DNA of 64,000 nt, taken from NCBI RefSeq assembly GCF_009914755.1, contig NC_060928.1; one strand, given 5' to 3'. Shown piece by piece: positions 25,869 through 38,314 of this stretch. A program made the position numbers and the translations under genes. Source of the DNA: the human T2T-CHM13v2.0 reference genome, Homo sapiens. Numbering within the stretch: position 1 is the stretch's first letter; every line of letters starts with the position of its first letter. The notes below the pieces were generated by a model that worked only from the letters and a program-made list of their open reading frames with translations, did no database searches and was not told the DNA's origin.

Positions 25869-26599
25869 TGTGAGCACCTGACTAAGGTGGGCCAGGTGCT
25901 CTTCATGGTTTTTAACTTTGAGGCTAAAAAGCTGGTTTTATGGGCCTTCCTAATCATATTCATCTTTTAGTACTTGACCCCTTCCTCTGGCTTCTTAAGA
26001 AGTTAATGAATTTAAAAATCAATACTAAAAATGTTTAAGGTCATAAATATCTTCTACTTGCTTTACAAAGGAAGAAAAAACACCCTGGCCTCACGAAGCC
26101 TTTAGTCCTGCTTAAATTCATTCACACTTTGTAGGATTATTTCGTATTCTTGAGGTGGGATATTGAATTATTAATTTAGCAATTTGTGTTTTCAGGTCAT
26201 GAATTATGTTAATTTCCATTTCAGTGAATGTTAGAGTATTTGACCAGATTGTGATGTTGCCTACTTTGTATAAAATATTCTTTTCCATGAATACATTGAG
26301 AAATTAATTAGAACATAGATTGTTTGGCTCAACAAATCAGAATTAAGTGAAGGGTAAAAAAATGGGTTTTTATTTCTAGATTACAGAATAAATACCTATA
26401 TTTACCTTACTTTCCTCCTGAAAACATACTAAGTTGGCTATTAAAAATATACAAATGCGTAAGAAAAAATAGGTAGTGATACCACGGTAGTCCACTCATT
26501 TTCTTCTCTAAAATCAGCACACTCATCCGAAACTGTCACAGATACCTGCTGCTCATTGGCTCATAGCCATGTCTATCATAAGGAAGCAGATTCTCAAAT

Positions 26600-29280
26600 A
26601 AGATTGTGGCTATAAATCAATGAACAGCAGTCTGGCAATAAGAATTCTGTGACCAGTGGTGAATGGGGAATAGATGGCCCATGACATGCAATAATAACAC
26701 AATTGTTAAAACTTTCATCATCAGTTAGTCAGGATGGGTAATGGTGGAAAGGAAGTACATGAGTTTATGCAATATTTTTCTTGAAAAGTATGAGGGAATA
26801 TATTATTGAATTGGGTGGCTGTGACTAAGTGCCATAAATTCAATGAAGAGAGCCAATGACAGGCCCAGAATGATTAATCAGCAATTAAGGGCAAAATCTG
26901 AAAGCCAAAGGAGTTCCTTGGCAGCATTTAGTAAAACTCTAATCTCCTATAAATGGAGAGAAGACAGAAAGGAGGAATGAGCTCACGACTAAATCATAAG
27001 AGTAGAGGAGATTCAGACAATGTTAAAGGCTGCAATTTTTACAACAAGGTCAGATATTTGAAAGGACTCACAAGATTCCATGGAGCACATTCATGTAAGA
27101 CTTTTAATACAGGCAAATGATACAGTGCGTTAGGAGAAAGAGAATGTAAAAAAGCATCAATATCTGAAAGTCTTCCAGGCATAGCTACCTAGGGCCCTTA
27201 TTCACAGAAGGGTGTGCTTTGTCTTTGGACTGAACCTCCAAGGTTTATTGCAAGTAAATTTGGTTTGGAAAGACCTTCGTAAGAGTTTCCAGCAGAGTTC
27301 TGTATTCCCCTAAATTCACCTAGCTAAATTTGGCTGCAGAACCAGTGATGCTACATATAAGGTATCAATAAACAACCCAGCCTGGGTACCACTTGCGGTA
27401 TTCTAAATTTTAAACTAAATGTTATAAATTATGAGTTAGCCCACTACCCTTATATGGCAATGAGTCAGATACTTCCATGTGCCTCTGGAGATAAGCACAG
27501 AACGGTCATAGTTCATCTGTAAAATTATTCTATGCTACAAAATACGTAGCTCCAGTGAGTTTCCTAGGCCAAATTCAGATTTCTAACAAGAAAGAAATGA
27601 GACACTGACACTTGGAGGTGAAAATCTGGGTAGATTCATTTGAAACCCTGGAACTCCAGATGCCCCTAGTTCAACTGGTCTGGCAGTGGCCTACTTCTTC
27701 TTAGAAAATAGTAGCCACCTCCAGCCTAAAGATCATGGAGAGGTCTTCATGAAGCAGATGCCTTATGAGACAAAGTCCCTTTTCCTGGAGTCAACCCTCT
27801 TCTTCCTTCCTGACAACCAGATCAATAATAAGAGTCAAATACCAGCACAGCCCAACTGGGGAATAAGACTGGCAGAGGTAGGATAGTATCACTCTCGGGA
27901 ACAATATCCCAAGGAAGATATATTTAAAGGAGGAATGCAGAACATAAAGTTGAGAAAATGAGAGTCTGTCATTATGGGAGCCCTCTGCTAGCATACATGA
28001 TTTAGCCCTCTGACAGTCCAGGAGATGGTGCTAACACACTATTTAGATGGCTCATGGAAGCTTGAAATAAGTTACAGCCTATACAGTTAGTCAAATAAAA
28101 ATGCCAAAATTGATAGGAAAGGTATAATTGAAAGGGATCAGAAGGCTCAAGTAGGCACTCTGATAAACCATACAAGGCTGGAAAACCCACCAGCCATCTG
28201 TTTCTTACAAGACATGAAAGACACTCCATTTACCAAAGAAGAGTGTCCTAATGAAAGGGGTACTAACATTGTTCAGAAGACAGTGATGGCTGTCTTCTGC
28301 AGGCTAAAGCTGACAAAAAGAGGTGCTACAACAGAACTGAATTGCAAAAAAACAATGGAGATTGCAGGACAATGGAATGATAAAGGTCCAACACTTAACC
28401 ATCAGTGGCAAGACTAACGCAATCTTCACAACAGCAGAAAAACCTGAATGGCAGGCCCATCAGAGGGCCATGGAGATGGTTAATAGGACAGAGTGTTCCT
28501 ACAGGCAAGAGGGAGGAAAACCAATGAGTGTTTTAAATTTAAAGAATCAGAAGAAATCCCAAATGGATAAACAAGAGGGTGTGGACACTCACCACAATAA
28601 ACGTCATGATCCCACCCCAATTTCCTAAACTAGCTCTCAGACCTGAAACCCAACCACTGAAGAAACAGTTTCGTTCCTATAAAGAAGGACCCTGAAATGC
28701 CAAAGCAAGTGTATTCAGTAGTAAACTACCTAGTCCATCCCCAAAGGAATACACAGCCATTTTCTTTGGTAACAGTGAACTGGAAAAGGGGAAATAACTA
28801 GGTTTTTTTTTTTTTTTTTTTTTTTTGAGGATGCTTGGACACAGGATCTGAGTTGGCACAGATATTCAGGGTTCCAAAGTGATAATATGCAGAATGTGGG
28901 GACTAGAAAACAAATGGAGTCTTCACCTAGATCCAGGTACCAGTGAAGCTACTAGGTCCATTATTCCACCTGATGAACACTTCTCTAGCATTCTAATGTA
29001 TAATTAGCATAAACACACATGGCAGTTGATGGGACCTTCATCTAAAGTTCTTGACCTATAAGACAGAGGTAGTTTCAGTTTTCAAATTCAGTTTTCAATT
29101 GAAGACTGAAACTACCTCTGTCTTGAGCCAAGAGATTAAAAAACAAACAAACAAAGCAAAACAAAGTAGAGTACATGCCAGAGGGAACGGCAGAGATTAC
29201 TGTCACCCTCAGTAACTAAAAAAATGCAGGGGTGGCCACTATAATATCCCACCTAATTTATCAGTCTGACCCTGAAAAAT
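26600..29280 (+). mobile_element. Degraded ERVL-class internal sequence (gag-pro-pol 5' part)
   Basis: Resembles ERVL-class gag (gaaagaaatgagacactgacacttggaggtgaaaatctggg), protease region (gatgcttggacacaggatctgagttggcac) and the start of pol. No intact ORF. Confidence 0.65.
27061..27588 (-). mobile_element. Old LTR-like insertion within the ERVL gag remnant
   Basis: Interrupts gag-like sequence. aaggactcacaag followed by aagacttttaatacaggcaaatgatacag resembles antisense MER21/MER77-type LTRs. Ends in aca. Family uncertain. Confidence 0.4.
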
Positions 29281-29807
29281 ATAAATATTTTTTAAAAAGG
29301 GATCATTCTTTCTTTTAAAAATATCTACAAAAACCTATAACTTCTAGCTATGGACACTGATGGCCATCCTCCCCATTCTGGTATTTAGGGGCTTTCTGCC
29401 TGAGGGCAGTTTCCCATCCACTGGCCACAAAATGAAATCTAACACTTTACAGCACCCATACATAGAGGTTCTATTTAGGCTTCCCACTCCCTGCAGGTGT
29501 CTATTGAGGAAATAGGTCCAGCTATGAAATAACACAGATAAACCAAGTCAGGTCCTCTTAATTGTCAAAAAAGTTCTTCATTCTTAAATATTACAGAAAA
29601 AAAACATTCTCACCAGTCATAGAAGAAATCCAACTGCAAGAAGAAGACCAATATAAATAAATAATGCTAACTAGCCCTAAAGAAAAAAATAAAGATTCAT
29701 GAAACATATAAAATATATAAAATAATCTTACCAGTATCTTCAGAAAGTTTGGAGAAAATATTGAATTCCCAGGATGCTGTGAAAACAGTCATTAGAGAAT
29801 GTGTTAG

Positions 29808-30133
<326 letters not shown>

Positions 30134-32400
30134 GATAATTGACTTTCAGTGTCTATCTTCCATATCTTTAGTAACAAAAACTTGATTTTTAGATTAACAC
30201 GCTTCTTCGCAGCTAAACTATTATGCTTCTCAGCATTCCACGAAACTAATGGGAAATTATGTTACTAAATTCTGACCAGTGAGATTGTATTAGTCTGTTT
30301 TCACACTGCTTATAAAGGTATACCTGAGACTGAGCAATTTATAAAGGAAAGAGGTTTAATGAAGAACTCACAGTTCCACATGGCTGGGGAAGCCTCACAA
30401 TCATGGCGGAAAGTAAGGAGGAGCAAGTCATATCTTACGTAGATGGCAGCAGGCAAAGAGAGAGCTTGTGCAGAGAAACTCCCATTTTTAAAACCATCAG
30501 ATCTTGTGGGACTCATTCACCATCACAAGAACAGCACAGGAAAGACCCACCCCCATGATTCAATCATCTCCCACCGAGTCCCTCTCATAACACGTGGGAA
30601 TTATGGGAGCTACAAGATGAAATTTGAGTGAGGACACAGAGCCAAGCCAAATCACTCTACATCTGGCCCCTCCCAAATATCATATCATCACATTTCAAAA
30701 CCAATCATGCCTTCCCAACAGTCCCCCAATGTCTTAACTCATTTCAGTATTAACTGAAAAATGCATAGTCCAAAGTCTCATCTTAGACAAGGCAAGTCCC
30801 TTGTGCCTATGAGCCTGTAAAATCAAAAGCAAGTTAGTTACTTCCTAGATACAATGGAATTACAGGCACTGGATACATACAGCCATTCTGAATGGGAGAC
30901 ATTGGCCAAAACAAAGGGGCTACAGGCCCCATGTAAGTTTGATATCCAGCAGGGCAATAAAATCTTAAAGTTCCAGAATCATCTCCTTTGACACCAAGTC
31001 TCACATCCAGGTCACACTGATGCAAGAGGTAGGTTCCCATGTTCTTGGGCAGCTCCACCCCTGTGGATTTGCAGGGTACAGCCTTCCTCCTGGCTGCTTT
31101 CACAGGTGGGCATTGAGTGCCCTGGGCATCCAGCTGTATCCATACATCCCCTGAAATCTAGGCAGAGGTTTCCAAACCCCAATTCTTGATTTCTGTGCAC
31201 TAGCGGGCTCAACACCATGTGGAAGCTGCCAAGGTTTGGGGCTTGCACCTTTTGAAGCCATAGCCCAAGCTCCACATTGGCCCCTTTCAGCCACGGCTGG
31301 AACAACTGGGACTCAGGGTGCCAAGTCCCTTGGCTGCACACAGCATGGGGACCCTGGGCTCGACCCACAAAACCACATTTTCCTCTTAGGCCTCTGGGCC
31401 TGTGATGGAAGAGGCTGTCATGAAGACCTCTGACATTCCCTGGAGATATTTTTACCATTGTCTTAGGAATTAACATTCGGCTACTTGTTACTTACGCAAA
31501 TTTCTGCAGCTGGCTTGAATTTCTCCTCAGAAAATGGGATTTTTCTTTTCTCTCTCATTGTCAGGAGGCAAATTTTTGGAATTTTTATGCTCTGCTTCCC
31601 TTATAAAACTGAATGCCTTTAACAGCACCCAAGTCACCTCTTGAATGCTTTGCTGCAGAATTTCTTCTGCCAGATACCCTAAATCATCTCTCTCAAGTTC
31701 AAAGTTCCACAAATCTCTAGGGCAGGGGCAAAATGCCATCAATCTCTTTGCTAAAACATAACAAGAGTCACCTGTGCTCCAGTTCCCAACAAGTTCCTCA
31801 TCTCACTCTGAGACCACCTCTGCCTGGAACTTATTGTCCATATCACTATCAGGCTTTTGGTCAAAACCATTCTACAAGTCTCTAGGAAGTTCCAAACTTA
31901 CCCACATTTTCCTGTCTTCTTCTGAGCCCTCCAAACTGTTCCAACCCTTGACTGTTACCCAGTTCCAAAGTCAATTCCACATTTTCAGGTATCTTTTCAG
32001 CAGTGCCCCATTATGACAAGAACAGCACAGGAAAGACCTGCCCCCATGATTCAATCATCTCCCACCAGGTCCCTACCACAGCACGTGGGAATTATGGGAG
32101 CTACAAGATGAGATTTGAGTGGGGACACAGAGCCAAACCATATCAGAGATGTAACTAAAACTTTCATATAGAACTTTCCAAAAGTCTCTTAAATAAAAAG
32201 TAAAATAAGTCTTATTTCCTCTCCTATTCATTTTGGTGTGAATACAGTCATCATGTCTGAAACTCATGTAGGCATCCTGAACCATGAGGCCTGCATTAAA
32301 AATGGCAAGTTGTAAGACAGAGTTTGACTCCCTAATGACCGCAGACCAGCAAGCGTCCTCAGATTTAGGTATGTGTAAAAAAAAGAAACTTGTCCTGTAT
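30134..32400 (+). mobile_element. Old MLT1J/LTR33-like LTR split by a THE1 insertion (host parts 30134-30285 and 32146-32400)
   Basis: Rejoined across the TSD it reads gttactaaattctgaccagtgagat|gtaactaaaa, matching the GTGACTAAGTTCTGGCCAATGAGATGTAAG LTR motif. Confidence 0.55.
30286..32145 (-). mobile_element. THE1 MaLR element (LTR-int-partial LTR) with two deletions
   Basis: LTR at 30286-~30654 (tgtattagtc to aaatca), THE1-int, and a partial second LTR ending ccatatca. 5-bp TSD GAGAT at 30281-30285 and 32146-32150. Confidence 0.95.
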
Positions 32401-32419
32401 ACAATATATCTGGTAATAA

Positions 32420-32468
32420 TTTTACTTTCAATGGCAAAATATGCAATTATTTTTGCACCAACCTAATA
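32420..32468. mobile_element. MADE1 (Hsmar1-derived MITE), partial
   Basis: ttactttcaatggcaaaatatgcaattatttttgcaccaacctaata corresponds to one arm of MADE1. Confidence 0.85.
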
Positions 32469-32489
32469 GTAAACATAAGCCAATATAAT

Positions 32490-32748
32490 TCTTTTTATTT
32501 TTTTAAGAGACAGAGTCTGTCATCCAGGCTGGAGTGCAGTGGTGCAATCATAGCTTTCTACAGCCTTAAACTTCTGGCCTCAAGTGATCTTCTTTCCTCG
32601 GCCTCTCATGTAGCTGAGACTACAGGTGCTCCACCACACCTGGCTGTATTTTTTTTTTTTTTTTTTTTTTTATAGAGATGAGATCTTGCTATGTTGCCCA
32701 GGCTGGTATCAAATTCTGGTCTCAAGCAATCCTCCTGCCTCAGGGTCT
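32490..32748 (-). mobile_element. AluJ-like, 5'-truncated
   Basis: gctggagtgcagtggtgcaatcatagct, long T linker, ttgctatgttgcccaggctgg. Confidence 0.9.
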
Positions 32749-32759
32749 CATAATTTATA

Positions 32760-33760
32760 AAAGAAATTAATAACCCTTTTGGAAATTAAAAACATAAATA
32801 GAAAAACAAAAAAAATTGGATGAGGAGGGTTAGAACATAAAGGAGGAAATTGTCTGTGATGTAAAGCACAGTCAACAAAAGGGACAGATCATCTCAGAAA
32901 AGAAATGTCAAAGAAAAAAATCCAGGAGTGCTAACATTTGGATAAGAGAAAAATATTAAGAAGAAATTATTTTGGAGAATAAGAAAAAATTATCAGGCCT
33001 GACTTTGTATTGGAAGGTTGATCCTATAAATTCTAAGCTGAATATTGGTAAGAAGACACCAAGAAATTTTAGAACCTAAAATTTTTTAGGCCTCCAAGCC
33101 TCTAGATGGAAGAACTCACTTGCAGACTCAAGGCGCCAGCTGCCATTAACCTTGTCATCAGCAACACCAAACCATTCCCTTACAACTTCAGAGTTCTAAG
33201 GGAAATTAATTTTATTTGAGCATCTGATACTCTATCAAAATCTCAGTGGAATGTGGAAGCAAAATAAATGCATTTTAAAACACACAGGAATCATAAAATT
33301 TAACTTCCCATTATAAATAACTTAGTTTACAGAATACTCTAGCAAAATGACAGAGAAAACAAAAAAAATTTTTTAAAGACATTGTATTAATGAAAGAGGG
33401 ATACAGTGATGGAAAGTTCCAGCATGGCAGTCATAGAGTATAAGGGGAGGACTCTTGTTTTCCCATGGTTTGGAAGTAGGGGTTCCAAGGAAGTAAAATA
33501 AATGTATGTCAAAGGAAGCTACAGGAAATGACATTTGTCACACTAAGAGATGGTGTAATCCAAAGGCATAAGAAAGACACAAGTAGAAACTACAGGAGTG
33601 CCAAAAGCCATATAAGAAAATCATGGTACAAATAGAAAGCTAATTAAAACATGATATAATTGTAAGAATGATAATTTGAAGGAATTAAGAGAATTATTTT
33701 GAGCTTGATGTAGGCAACACGGCAGTTATGGCATCAGACTTTAAATAAAGAAAATATAAT
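32760..33760 (+). mobile_element. HAL1/L1ME ORF1-like degraded fragment (also ~29580-29810)
   Basis: A-rich with weak ORF1-like motifs (ttgtcatcagcaacacca, cttcagagttctaagggaaattaatttt). Heavily diverged. Confidence 0.4.
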
Positions 33761-33776
33761 CCCAACCCATTAATTA

Positions 33777-35043
33777 TGTGTCTATAGTTCCTGACTCATA
33801 ACTCCCATAGCCCTTGTTCTTTCTCCCCAGGGCAGGCCATAGAAACTGAAAATATAACCTCACATTCACCTACCTGTCTGTCTTGGAGCTGGCCACAAAG
33901 CAATGCTCTGACCTACTTTATCTGACCGTAGGTCATAAGACCCACATTTCAGAAAGGGTCCTGTACCATATACTGGAGGAAGGAATGCCACATGGAGAGG
34001 ACAGGAAGGATCTAAACAGACAGGCCTTGCTGGGGTTCCCCCCACCCACCCCAGTCTATTAGTGTTAGATCCTATCCTTTTTGCCTAATCACATTTCTAC
34101 ATGGTTGCCCACGCTTCAATCCCACCTATTTAATGAAGTCTCCACAAAAGGCTATTTATTTTCTCACTGCTGATAAAGACAAACCAGAGACTGGGCAATT
34201 TACAAAAGAAAGAGGTTTAATGGAGAACTCACAGTTCCACATGGCTGGGGAAGCCTCACAATCATGGCAGAAGGCAAGGAGGAGCAAGCCATATCTTACC
34301 TGGATGGCAGCAGGCAAAGATAGAGCTTGAACAGGAAGACTCCTGTTTTTAAAAAACCCTCAGATCTCGTGAGATTCATTCACTATCACCAGAACAGCGC
34401 AGGAAAGACCCACCCCCATAATTCAATCACCTCCCACCAGGTTCCTCCCACAACATGTGGGAATTGTGGCAGTTACAATTCAAGATGAGATTTGGGTGAG
34501 GACACAGCCAAAGCATATCAACGGGTATGAAGAGCTTCCAGATAGCTGAACACATGGAGGTTTCTGGAGAGTGGTATACTCAGAGAGGGCACAGAAACTC
34601 CACTCCTCTTCTCCCATACCTCACTCTAGGCACCTCTTCATCTGTATCATTGGTAATATCCTTTATCATAAATGTGGTTCCCTGAGTTCTGTGAGCTGCT
34701 CTAGCAAATTAATCATACCCAAGGAGGGGATCATGGGAACCCCAATTTATAGCTGGTTGGTCAGAAGCACGAGTCACAACCTAGGACTTACAACTGGCAT
34801 AGAAAATGGGGGCACTCTTGTGGGACTGAGCCCTCACCCTGTGGGATCTGACTCTCTCTCCAGGTAGACAGTGTCAGAATTGAGTTGGAGGACACCCAGC
34901 TGGTGGCTGCTGTAGAGATGATGGCTTGCCTGCTTATTGGTGGGGAGAAGTCCTCACACATTTGGTCACAGAGGTCTTCTGTGTTGATTGCTATGGGGCG
35001 AGAGCAGAGAAAAAACAGTTTGTGTGTATTTCCACTCACTCAA
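33777..35043 (+). mobile_element. MER21-family LTR interrupted by a THE1 solo LTR
   Basis: gagcttccagatagctgaacacatggagg, ccctgagttctgtgagctgctctagcaaattaatc and ctccaggtagacagtgtcagaattgagtt are MER21 motifs. Confidence 0.8.
34153..34520 (-). mobile_element. THE1 solo LTR (3' terminus clipped)
   Basis: actgctgataaagac, cagttccacatggctggggaagcctcacaatcatgg, ending gccaaagcatatca. Confidence 0.92.
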
Positions 35044-35904
35044 CTTGTATCTGAAGAGAGGAACATTTACATCGGCATAGTCATTTAAACGCTATCTTAC
35101 TGGTTTTTCACTTTAAAAATTAACCTGTAGATAAGGCATGAAGACAGTTATAAGGAATAACTGATATAATCTAGGAGGTATTTTGCAGGAAGAGAGGAAC
35201 CCAGGCAGGCTGTGGCTAGAATAGGGAAATATGGAGATAGGATCTAAATAAACTGAAATAAAAATGTAGAGGTTTTAATATATTTTCAAAAATTACTACA
35301 ATAAAGGAAGGTAAAATAATAACATAACTATCTAATGTGTTCACCTGCAGGGAACAGAAGCGAAAGTACAGTGGTATGAAATGAGATATAGCCTTCTTTT
35401 CTCTATCAGGGAATCAGATGTTTTTGAAAGTACGTGAGCGTCAAATGATCACATAAACTCATTCTTGGGATTTTTAAATAATTGCATAAAATTCTTGAAA
35501 TAACTTGTAACTGCTTGTGTTTAAAATATTTTCATGACATCAACAAATTTGAGCAAACATTCTGAGTAAAGATAATTAATTGTACTTGAAATGTCAGACT
35601 GAGACCCAGGGTCAAATTTGCAAAATTTTTTAAAAAAGTAATTATTCTCTAGTGCCATAAAATATTTAGTTTTAATATTGCTAAAATCTATGTTATGTCT
35701 ATTACGTTAACAACTATGATGATAACTGGGATTTTCCTAGTGAGGAACTAAAAGTCCTTTAGGTGTTCCTTAATTCATAACTATATATATTTTTAAATGC
35801 CCGTTTGGGATCAGAGAGATTAAAAGATGCTCCAACATGTTTATATGAGACTGTGCATAGGTAGCTGGAATCTATTCAAAGTAGTTGAGTGTTTCTTTGA
35901 GATT

Positions 35905-36103
35905 ATATTCTAGCTCTTTCCCTTCCCAACTGTGTGACCTTGGGCAACCACTTAATCTTCCTTCATCTCAATTTGATCCCCTTTAAAATGAGAATAATAT
36001 CAGTTCTTACCTGACAGTGATTATGACAGTATAAGAAATGAATTAACATAAAATTATTCAAGAATTCTTGACACATAATAAGCATTCAATAGATGTTAGT
36101 TAT
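35905..36103 (+). mobile_element. MIR
   Basis: actgtgtgaccttgggcaaccacttaatctt, taaaatgagaataata, ending cacataataagcattcaatagatgttag. Confidence 0.85.
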
Positions 36104-38182
36104 GATCACCATCCTAAAGAAAGAAGGAATGAGGCTTCATGAGTCTAGCCTAAGAACAAAGTAGACATATGGAGGGCAGTAGTTCTGAGTCTTGGCTACT
36201 ACTTTAACCAGCAGGAAAACTAGTCCTCTGGATGGATGCAAGTGTGTTTCAAAGAGGTAGATAGGTAGAGGTACAGGTAGAAGTGGAGAGAGAGGGAGGG
36301 AGAGAAAGAGAAATAATTTTAAAATTAAGATTTTTTTAAAATTCTTAAAACAATGGGATACAAATAATATTGGTTTGTATCATAGACAAAAAGAAAAAAG
36401 TAGTTCTCCATCCCTGCCGACCCATTTCAATTTTACTTTGCACCGTTATACAAATTGGCACAAGGAAGCCCCAGATAATGGCAATGAACTGCTGTGGTCA
36501 TTACCGCAAGACAAGAGAGATTCTAATGCCTGACAGCGCAGTTTGAAATGGCTGTGACGCCCAGCAAGTGGGACTGCCTTGTGTAGCACAATAATGAGAG
36601 CACCAGAGGCTAGACGGCTGCTTTGTCTTTCTCAATCCATTCATTGGTCCCTGGCTATTCTAAAACAAATACACTCTTTTCATTGAGACCCTCTGTGGCA
36701 ACTGATGCTCCAAAATATAATCACTGCTTCAGAAACTAAATGTTTGAATTTCTCCTAAATTGACAGTTTTCCAAGTCCCCAAATTGGTTCAGGAGACATA
36801 CAGGGAGAAAATGTTGTTTTATTTCATCTGGGTTTACTGAATTCCCTCTTTAACATGAGTTAAAATCTATAGTATCCAATGTAACCTATGTTCTAATATC
36901 AGATAAGTCCCAAAAAAAATCTACACTACAGGAAGAAAAAATTTTCTAAAATATTTCTATTTCTCTAAATGACATTTCTTTAGATTTAATTTTATAGATA
37001 ATGGTTCTAAATACTTAAGAACTGTTAGAAACTTCAGCTTGCTGCTATGTTACTTTAATCCAAATACACTTTCCTTCAAGGCAGAAGTTTAAATGGAATG
37101 TAACGGTAAGCTCAAATGCATTTTCTTTATCAAGAAAACTAAGAATAAAGTAGCTTGGATTTGGGTTACTTTCCAGACTAGAGAGTCTGTATTTATGTAA
37201 AATGCCAGCATTTAAAAATAAAATCCCAAATGTCCCTTTTCAATTAAATCCTAACTAAAATGCAAATTACCTAAACATTGGGACTACAAAATGTTCTCAT
37301 CTTACCTGCCTTCAGAATTTCAATATAAGTGTTTCTTGCATTCAAAAACCACTGGGAGGTGTTTATTGAATACTTCAAAAACATTTTTCTTAATAATATA
37401 AAGGAAATAATAGGTTTAAGATATTTCAAAGCCAACAACTTTAGTCCATTTCTTCCTACGCCAAACCCCTTCTGATTGTATTTTTAGCAAATTTTCTATT
37501 TAATCTCTTTCTATATAACACAGATAAATTTTATCATAAAATATATTTTTAGGTAATAAACTTTGAAAAAAATTTCAACAATATCTCTAAGCAAGGACCC
37601 AGATTTCTTGATTAGATATAAACCAGCATTTTGTTAATATTTGGGATAAATTCTTTAGGCTAAAAGTGATCATTTCTCTTTTAAGTTTTTTCACCACATT
37701 ACCAAGTCAGCCATGCATAACTAGAATAGTGCTATTACAGGGAAAATTAGATTTAAATAGAACAGGATTCCCTTCTAATTCATGTGTAATCTTTGGAGAG
37801 TTTAAGAATTGGTAACATTCTGTTTGTGCAATCTTTTGGGAAAGGTTCCTGCCCTACTTAAGTTTCAACAGATTGTAGTCATGCAGAAACAAGCTTTGAC
37901 TCCCCTGTCTCTGGGCAACCAAAGAGCTGACCATCTGGACTCCTGGTTTGATAAAGACTTTTAGGGAGCCAGAAAAAATCCTGGCAGCAAAAGAACATAC
38001 CTCAAATGGAACTCAGAAAAATCCTCAAAGACATGTTACATTCCAACATTGTTTTATAAACAACTTGGTCTTTTTATATGCACACACACTCTCACACACA
38101 CACACACACAACGTACAAAACTTAAATTTAAATTTAAAATTCCAATAGGACGTTTTGAATTCAATACTTAAGGATGATGATT

Positions 38183-38314
38183 TGTGTGACCATATAATTT
38201 ATTGATCTAATCAGGATAATTTTTTAAGTATGAAAGGAATAACTATTAATTAGGACACTAGGAATAACATAAGCCAGAACAATCTCTGACAAATCAGATG
38301 GTGCAGTCACCCTA
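38183..38314. mobile_element. MER94-like hAT-Blackjack MITE
   Basis: Begins gtgaccatataatttat and ends gtcacccta (TIR remnants). ~130 bp. Confidence 0.7.

Noticed and set aside
30834-31742. ORFs up to 154 aa here and at 60568-61796
   Set aside because: They are fragments of the decayed THE1 internal region, broken by stops and frameshifts.
32420-32468. MADE1 as a miR-548-type hairpin
   Set aside because: Only one arm is present, so it cannot fold into the precursor.
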